From a virus (Duplodnaviria; Caudoviricetes): a stretch of 36,458 nucleotides of DNA. The stretch is from IMG/VR virus record IMGVR_UViG_3300032318_002431, positions 1 to 36,458 of that record, one strand, 5' to 3'. Made by a program: the position numbers and the translations under genes. A model generated the notes under the pieces. The model worked only from the letters and a program-made list of their open reading frames with translations, was not told where the DNA came from and did not search any database. Position 1 is the first letter of the stretch. The number at the start of each line of letters is the position of its first letter. Positions 33,120 through 36,458 of this stretch are shown in pieces.

Positions 33120-33626
33120 TTATCCGCCTACTTTTTTTCTAATATATTCAAAATTAAATGTTAATGGTTGTGAACCATTTTCTTTTGAAACTTTTGAATT
33201 ATCCGTCTGAAATGTAACGTCTTCAAAAGTTGTTATTTTTTTTGCAGCTGAACCAACTAGGATATCATTATAAACAATTATGTTTACTTGCTGATAAATT
33301 TCATGTATATTTGGTAAAGAATAATCTAAATTTCTAGCAATAAAAATAGGATTATTCCTAAAAACTAAATCACATAGTGCATAATAATCATTCTGTGTCA
33401 TTGTCAGCGTTCCAGTCTTTCGTACAGCAATATTTCGTGATCTGCTTGTTGGCTCACCATTAAAGGTTCTGCCATCGTAATTCATTGTGTAATGATCGTC
33501 GGTTGTTACATCTTCTATATATAAAGAGTTACGCTGAAATGTTATATTTGGCGATCCGAAAGTAAGCCCAAGCAGTTGTAGGCTTACTTCACGATTCGAG
33601 GCGTCTGGGGTTTGATCTAATGCCAT
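33120..33626 (-). CDS. Tail tube protein
   Basis: 168 aa beta-rich protein directly downstream of the sheath gene. Confidence 0.65.
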   Translation of the reverse strand: MALDQTPDASNREVSLQLLGLTFGSPNITFQRNSLYIEDVTTDDHYTMNYDGRTFNGEPTSRSRNIAVRKTGTLTMTQNDYYALCDLVFRNNPIFIARNLDYSLPNIHEIYQQVNIIVYNDILVGSAAKKITTFEDVTFQTDNSKVSKENGSQPLTFNFEYIRKKVGG

Positions 33627-33659
33627 ATTGTTATATTTTTAATATTATTTTATTTTATT

Positions 33660-34892
33660 TTACTGCAAAAATACTGAGATTTTGTTAGTAATCGTTCTAA
33701 TTGTCCCCTTGTATTTTAAACAGGTACTAATTATAAGTACGCCGTCCAGTTTCACCTTCTGAGCTGGGTCGATATAAATTCCCTCTGGTGTTGCCGTGCC
33801 AACAGGCGTTTTGTCTATGGGAATTGACCCATTCTCATAATCTAACTCGTAATTGTTCTTGTCCGATCCTGAAAGCATTTGTAGCTCGATTGCCCTTTGT
33901 ATATCTTGTTTGATTCGGTATATATCGGTTGCCTTCATCGTAGAATCGGGGTTAAAGAAATAATCCGTTGAGTTAATAATTGGGTCTGTAATATCTCCTA
34001 CGATTTTAGCCAATTTAACAAACGGCCTTGCAATGTACATCTCGTTTATTGCATCCGTTAATTTTGTGCATGTTCTCGAATTTTGGAAAAATATGTTTTG
34101 CAACTGCTCAGATTTTTCAATAAATACAATCCCTTTTTTATATAAAGCCTCTTTTTCGGTTTTAGAAATGTTAATTGTGTTTTTTTCGTCGCTGGTAGGA
34201 ATTATAGCTTTTGACACAAAAGGAGTTAAAATATTCTCTGTATGGTCTCCAATGTGGTGGCGTACAGATTTTTTTGTCAAACTTCCTAAAATCAATCCGA
34301 TAGCACCGCATAATTTTTCATTTTCGGTGTAAACCTGTTTTGCAAGGCTATTATCAGAAAAATCCTGAGCACAGTCAAGCATAACTAGATTAGCCGTTCC
34401 AGTCGTTTCAAAATTTGGTAAATTCGTGTAAGTTATATTTTTTAATCCCGTTGACACAACAACGGCAGCAGATTTATTTCCAACGGCAAGCATGTCTAAC
34501 AATTTAGTCTGAGCCGAATTAACTAATGTTAAAACGGCAGCAGCGTCAACCGCCTGAGATCCTGTAAAATACCCTAACAATTGAGTTTTTGCATCGAAAA
34601 CGTTGAGGTCGTCAATAGTTATGGTCGTTGTCAAATAAAGCTGGACGACTGCCAAAGGGCTAAGGCTAAATATAGTCGATAAGTGATAATATAGTAGCTT
34701 ATCCGCTGGCAATGTGCTACCAGCGGAAACAAAAACTTTTGTGGCTATTTCTTCTTTCGAAAAGATTTCAATGATCGTCTTTTCCGCCGCACCTGTTGGC
34801 ACGGCATCAATTCCCCAAACAAGACCTATGTACTTATCTCTTGAAGCCGCTGGGCGGGAATTATTTCCGACGTATTCTATATTTATTCCCAT
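33660..34892 (-). CDS. Tail sheath protein (DUF2586-like)
   Basis: 410 aa; LLYYHLS, GAIGLILG and IYIDPAQKV patterns of Bacteroidota myophage sheaths. Confidence 0.75.
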   Translation of the reverse strand: MGINIEYVGNNSRPAASRDKYIGLVWGIDAVPTGAAEKTIIEIFSKEEIATKVFVSAGSTLPADKLLYYHLSTIFSLSPLAVVQLYLTTTITIDDLNVFDAKTQLLGYFTGSQAVDAAAVLTLVNSAQTKLLDMLAVGNKSAAVVVSTGLKNITYTNLPNFETTGTANLVMLDCAQDFSDNSLAKQVYTENEKLCGAIGLILGSLTKKSVRHHIGDHTENILTPFVSKAIIPTSDEKNTINISKTEKEALYKKGIVFIEKSEQLQNIFFQNSRTCTKLTDAINEMYIARPFVKLAKIVGDITDPIINSTDYFFNPDSTMKATDIYRIKQDIQRAIELQMLSGSDKNNYELDYENGSIPIDKTPVGTATPEGIYIDPAQKVKLDGVLIISTCLKYKGTIRTITNKISVFLQ

Positions 34893-34896
34893 TTTT

Positions 34897-35325
34897 TTAT
34901 TTTTTAACAGAATCTAAATTTTCCAAATTTAGTTTTTCATTCGTTTTCGTTAATTGAAATTTTTCTTCACTGATATCAATGCACTTGACTTGGTATACTT
35001 CATAAAAAAGTTTTTTAAAAAAATCTTTACTTTCTTTTCCAGAGTCGACAAGATCCGAATCTTTGTTTGAAGAAATGTTTTTTTGCTTTTGTGCAAATTG
35101 GTTTAAGGCCCCAAAATCTAAGAAAATTTCATAATAATTTTCTCTGTTTTGATCTTTTGATTGCACTACAAATATTTTTATTTTTTCTAGTTTTTTATCT
35201 TTTTTAAAAATATCTGCAATAACCTTCTTGTTGGAAGGAATTACTAGAACTGCATTTTCTATTTTTTCAAATAAAGTCAAGGGTTTTTCATCGACTTCTT
35301 GGATTGTTTTATTTTCGTTTTCCAT
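34897..35325 (-). CDS. Hypothetical protein
   Basis: 142-aa ORF between capsid and sheath genes. Confidence 0.65.
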   Translation of the reverse strand: MENENKTIQEVDEKPLTLFEKIENAVLVIPSNKKVIADIFKKDKKLEKIKIFVVQSKDQNRENYYEIFLDFGALNQFAQKQKNISSNKDSDLVDSGKESKDFFKKLFYEVYQVKCIDISEEKFQLTKTNEKLNLENLDSVKK

Positions 35326-35362
35326 TATTTTTTATATTTTTTATTATTTTTTATATTTTTTA

Positions 35363-36376
35363 TTATTCTCCAGAAATTACTATACAACATCCTACTTGGT
35401 CATATCTGCTTTTCCAAGCCGTAACCGCCATTTGAGCCATTCTTTGCTCATTCGTTCCATATTGGGCGTTCATTGTATTATTCCATAGCTTTAATGGACT
35501 TCTTCCGGCAATTAAAGCCCCGTCTTGCCAAACTAAGAAAGCCTCTCGGCTATCCGCTGTGATCAAGCTGCCATCCGCTTGCCCAATGTAAGTATTTGCA
35601 GCGGTTTTTTTATAAACCGCATTCTTACTAACATCTGAGCGAACCCAAAAATTACATCCGTAAGCCGAAAATGCTTCTTGCAATCCCCAGGAGAATGGCT
35701 TACCGGTAACATTGTAGTATTCTTTCCAAGTATTTTCTTTCTTAATTTCTAAAGCAGTTTTGGGATCAATAAGCCAATTGATCGCACCTCCATTTGAATT
35801 TTGCATTTGAATTTTAGTTTGAACTTCTAAAATATCTTCCGCAGTTAATTTTTTCACCGTAGCCCCATTTCCGAGGAAAGACGGGCGGGGTGATCCCGTA
35901 GTAAGTCTTGTGAAATATTCGTATTTGGGCAAACTAATATCGATCTCTGTGTCCGCATCAATAGGATTGATTAAACACTTTCTAATGATCAAATTTGCTG
36001 CATCTTCTTGTAGTTGTAAGACATAAGAATCCCAATCTTGATTGAAATTGTCTTTTTTAAAACTTTCTTGCACTTGCCTAGGCACATAGCTTACTAGCTG
36101 AGTCTCCAACCAAGATGCAGTCTCGTAACGCGATAAAGGCGTCATATTAATAGGCGTTTTGCTGTCCAATGGAACGTTATTTCCTTTGCCGTAGTTAATT
36201 GTGCCTCTAATAATGGCTGGCAATGTATTTTGCCTAGCCACTTCGATTTTGTAACCATCCATTAACAGATCGTTCGATGTTTTGAACGTTGTTAAAAAGC
36301 TGTCGTTAAGATTTAACCTTTTCTCGTAATTTGAAAGGTCGTATATTGTTTTTTGTGTTCCTACTGATCCTGACAT
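35363..36376 (-). CDS. Major capsid protein (HK97-fold, inferred)
   Basis: 337 aa directly downstream of the protease/scaffold gene in the circular map; WLIDP and YGCNFWVRS patterns. Confidence 0.78.
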   Translation of the reverse strand: MSGSVGTQKTIYDLSNYEKRLNLNDSFLTTFKTSNDLLMDGYKIEVARQNTLPAIIRGTINYGKGNNVPLDSKTPINMTPLSRYETASWLETQLVSYVPRQVQESFKKDNFNQDWDSYVLQLQEDAANLIIRKCLINPIDADTEIDISLPKYEYFTRLTTGSPRPSFLGNGATVKKLTAEDILEVQTKIQMQNSNGGAINWLIDPKTALEIKKENTWKEYYNVTGKPFSWGLQEAFSAYGCNFWVRSDVSKNAVYKKTAANTYIGQADGSLITADSREAFLVWQDGALIAGRSPLKLWNNTMNAQYGTNEQRMAQMAVTAWKSRYDQVGCCIVISGE

Positions 36377-36458
36377 AATTTATTTTTTTTTAATTTTTAA
36401 AAGTTGTTAATATGTTGCGTTCTAAGATTTTCAAATATATAAATTTGCTCTTCTTCGG
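36336..36458. repeat. Terminal direct repeat, right copy
   Basis: Identical to 1-123. Confidence 0.97.

Larger units (their letters stand above)
1..36458. mobile_element. Complete bacteriophage genome (Caudoviricetes, contractile tail, probable Bacteroidota host)
   Basis: Terminase, portal, protease, capsid, sheath, tube, tape measure and baseplate genes present; circular ends; no host housekeeping genes. Confidence 0.93.

Noticed and set aside
35324-35367. 19-bp tandem duplication between the capsid gene and the next gene
   Set aside because: Pure A/T low-complexity sequence; no function can be supported.
26974-35488. Antisense ORFs 26974-27198, 27505-27768, 27746-27985, 30327-30839, 31742-31969, 34033-34332, 34714-34917 and 35228-35488
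   Set aside because: They overlap better-supported genes on the opposite strand.
62-36376. Alternative genetic code (TAG/TGA reassignment)
   Set aside because: Core genes are intact and densely packed under code 11; only one in-frame TAG candidate was seen.

Overview
The window is an apparently complete, circularly permuted, very AT-rich tailed phage genome. Unit length is about 36,335 bp, since bases 1-123 are repeated exactly at 36336-36458. It looks like a small contractile-tailed (myovirus-type) phage of a Bacteroidota host, probably Flavobacteriia-like: TAnnTTTG promoter boxes sit upstream of many genes, starts have A-rich leaders without Shine-Dalgarno motifs, and several proteins resemble Bacteroidota-phage families. 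Modules: (i) packaging and head genes (TerS, TerL, Mu gp36-like adaptor, portal, gpF-like minor head, ClpP-like protease/scaffold, major capsid); (ii) tail genes (sheath, tube, chaperone with a -1 frameshift, tape measure, spike, gp25-like wedge, hub, baseplate J/I-like, fibres), split across both strands; (iii) a lysis region; (iv) ParB-fused DNA methyltransferase, VRR-NUC nuclease, SF2 helicase, Prim-Pol/DUF3987-like primase, exonuclease plus RecT-like annealase, and a Pif1/RecD-like helicase; (v) a + strand early/accessory operon with a nucleotidyltransferase-like protein, lipoproteins and a secreted lysozyme-like protein. I could not recognise an integrase, transposase, repressor or DNA polymerase. 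The most notable signals outside the ORF track are a three-hairpin leader upstream of the primase whose first and terminator loops are perfectly complementary 7-mers (kissing-loop attenuator candidate), an adjacent palindromic iteron array, an unannotated 47-aa hyper-acidic CCGGG peptide coupled to a 4-TM protein, and an amber-interrupted lipoprotein gene followed by a tRNA-like minihelix. Family assignments come from motif recognition by eye, not database searches.
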